From: Acaryochloris thomasi RCC1774
Lineage (GTDB): Bacteria > Cyanobacteriota > Cyanobacteriia > Thermosynechococcales > Thermosynechococcaceae
Assembly: GCF_003231495.1 (NCBI RefSeq)
Contig: NZ_PQWO01000019.1
Location: 1-32,000 of the forward strand
Length of the DNA stretch: 32,000 nt
Reading direction: 5' to 3'
The notes under the pieces were generated by a model that saw only the letters and a program-made list of their open reading frames with translations, searched no databases and was not told the DNA's origin. This document shows, in pieces, positions 31,273 to 32,000 of this stretch. Position numbers and translations under genes: made by a program. Each line of letters starts with the position of its first letter. Within the stretch, counting starts at the first letter, position 1.

Positions 31273-32000
31273 TGCACACGGCAGCCGAGATCGTTCAGAA
31301 AATTCATCAGGGGGAGACGACAGCCCAAACTATCGTGCAGGCCACCCTAACGCGCATCTCGCAGCAGGATGAGCACCGGAACTGCTTTACAACCGTCTTG
31401 AACTCATCGGCATTGGAAGCGTCAGCCGAGATTGACCGCAAGATTGCCGCAGGTGAAACCGTTGGCCCCTTAGCGGGCGTTCCCTTCGCGGTCAAAAATC
31501 TCTTTGATATTGCCGGAACGGTCACGCTAGCCGGTTCAAAAATCAATCAGGATCACCCTCCAGCAAAGCAGGATGCCACCGCCATTGCGCGTCTCAAAGC
31601 AGCAGGGGCGATTCTGATCGGGGCACTCAACATGGATGAGTATGCCTACGGCTTTGTCACTATCAATCACCACTATGGGGTGACGCCCAACCCCCACGCT
31701 CCGTCTCGAATTTCCGGCGGATCATCCGGCGGGTCTGCGGCATCAGTAGCTGCAGGGTTAGTCCCTCTAGCGCTGGGGTCAGATACGAACGGCTCCATTC
31801 GGGTGCCGGCCTCTTTGTGCGGGGTCTATGGTTTTAAGCCCACCTATGGACGTCTCTCGCGGGCAGGGGCTTTTCTATTTTCCAGCAGCCTGGATCATAT
31901 TGGTCCCTTCGCGCAAACCGTACAGGATATAGCAACCACATTTGAGGTGCTACAAGGCCCAGATCACAGAGATCCGATCTGCACACACCGTCCTGCCATC
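31272..32000 (+). CDS. amidase-signature family amidohydrolase (AtzE/GatA-like), 3'-truncated by the window end
   Basis: My own translation from ATG 31272 is open to base 32000 (243 codons, so absent from the stop-bounded ORF track). Catalytic Lys context GVPFAVKNLF. Signature SRISGGSSGGSAASVAAG and GSDTNGSIRVPA. Confidence 0.85.
   Translation, partial: MHTAAEIVQKIHQGETTAQTIVQATLTRISQQDEHRNCFTTVLNSSALEASAEIDRKIAAGETVGPLAGVPFAVKNLFDIAGTVTLAGSKINQDHPPAKQDATAIARLKAAGAILIGALNMDEYAYGFVTINHHYGVTPNPHAPSRISGGSSGGSAASVAAGLVPLALGSDTNGSIRVPASLCGVYGFKPTYGRLSRAGAFLFSSSLDHIGPFAQTVQDIATTFEVLQGPDHRDPICTHRPAI

Noticed and set aside
31122-31546. Two minus-strand ORFs (31122-31328 and 31307-31546).
   Set aside because: They are antisense to the AtzG-like ORF and to the amidase. 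The plus-strand reading frame carries unmistakable amidase-signature motifs and stays open to the window end.

Overview
This looks like a cyanobacterial chromosomal segment. The HIP1 octamer GCGATCGC is scattered throughout (e.g. 2553, 5141, 13711) and the gene content is typically cyanobacterial. I support about 27 coding genes and saw no rRNA, tRNA, CRISPR array, transposase or integrase.

Left third (1-10.2 kb), housekeeping and miscellaneous genes:
- an uncharacterised 309-aa protein
- a Tat-signal intradiol dioxygenase followed by a MOSC-domain protein
- a short CorA-like GMN-motif protein
- a Ycf33/DUF751-like small membrane protein
- rbfA, nagZ, a class-V aminotransferase, ridA and hemB

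Centre (10.2-16.7 kb), the most unusual locus: a YHYH-domain protein with a His/Pro-rich tail, then two translationally coupled, paralogous AAA_35/STAND-like NTPase genes.
- The first copy has a degenerate Walker A/B and ends in an intact GGDEF diguanylate cyclase with an I-site.
- The second copy has canonical Walker motifs and continues into a coiled coil, one hydrophobic helix and 14 WD40 repeats.
- I propose this as a split sensor/output STAND signalling or conflict system.

Right half, ispG and a GIDE-domain membrane protein, then a nitrogen-scavenging neighbourhood:
- amt1, with an NtcA box and a clean terminator
- an ABC-F ATPase
- an SLH/OprB-type porin, divergent from urtABCDE
- a textbook NtcA class-II promoter upstream of urtA
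- an AtzG-like small ORF and an AtzE-like amidase-signature enzyme appended to the urt operon; the amidase runs off the window end

Other structure: two copies of a roughly 95-bp double-hairpin dispersed repeat, a 17-bp perfect hairpin abutting the YHYH start codon, and a Yfr1-seed-complementary sequence over the porin ribosome-binding site.
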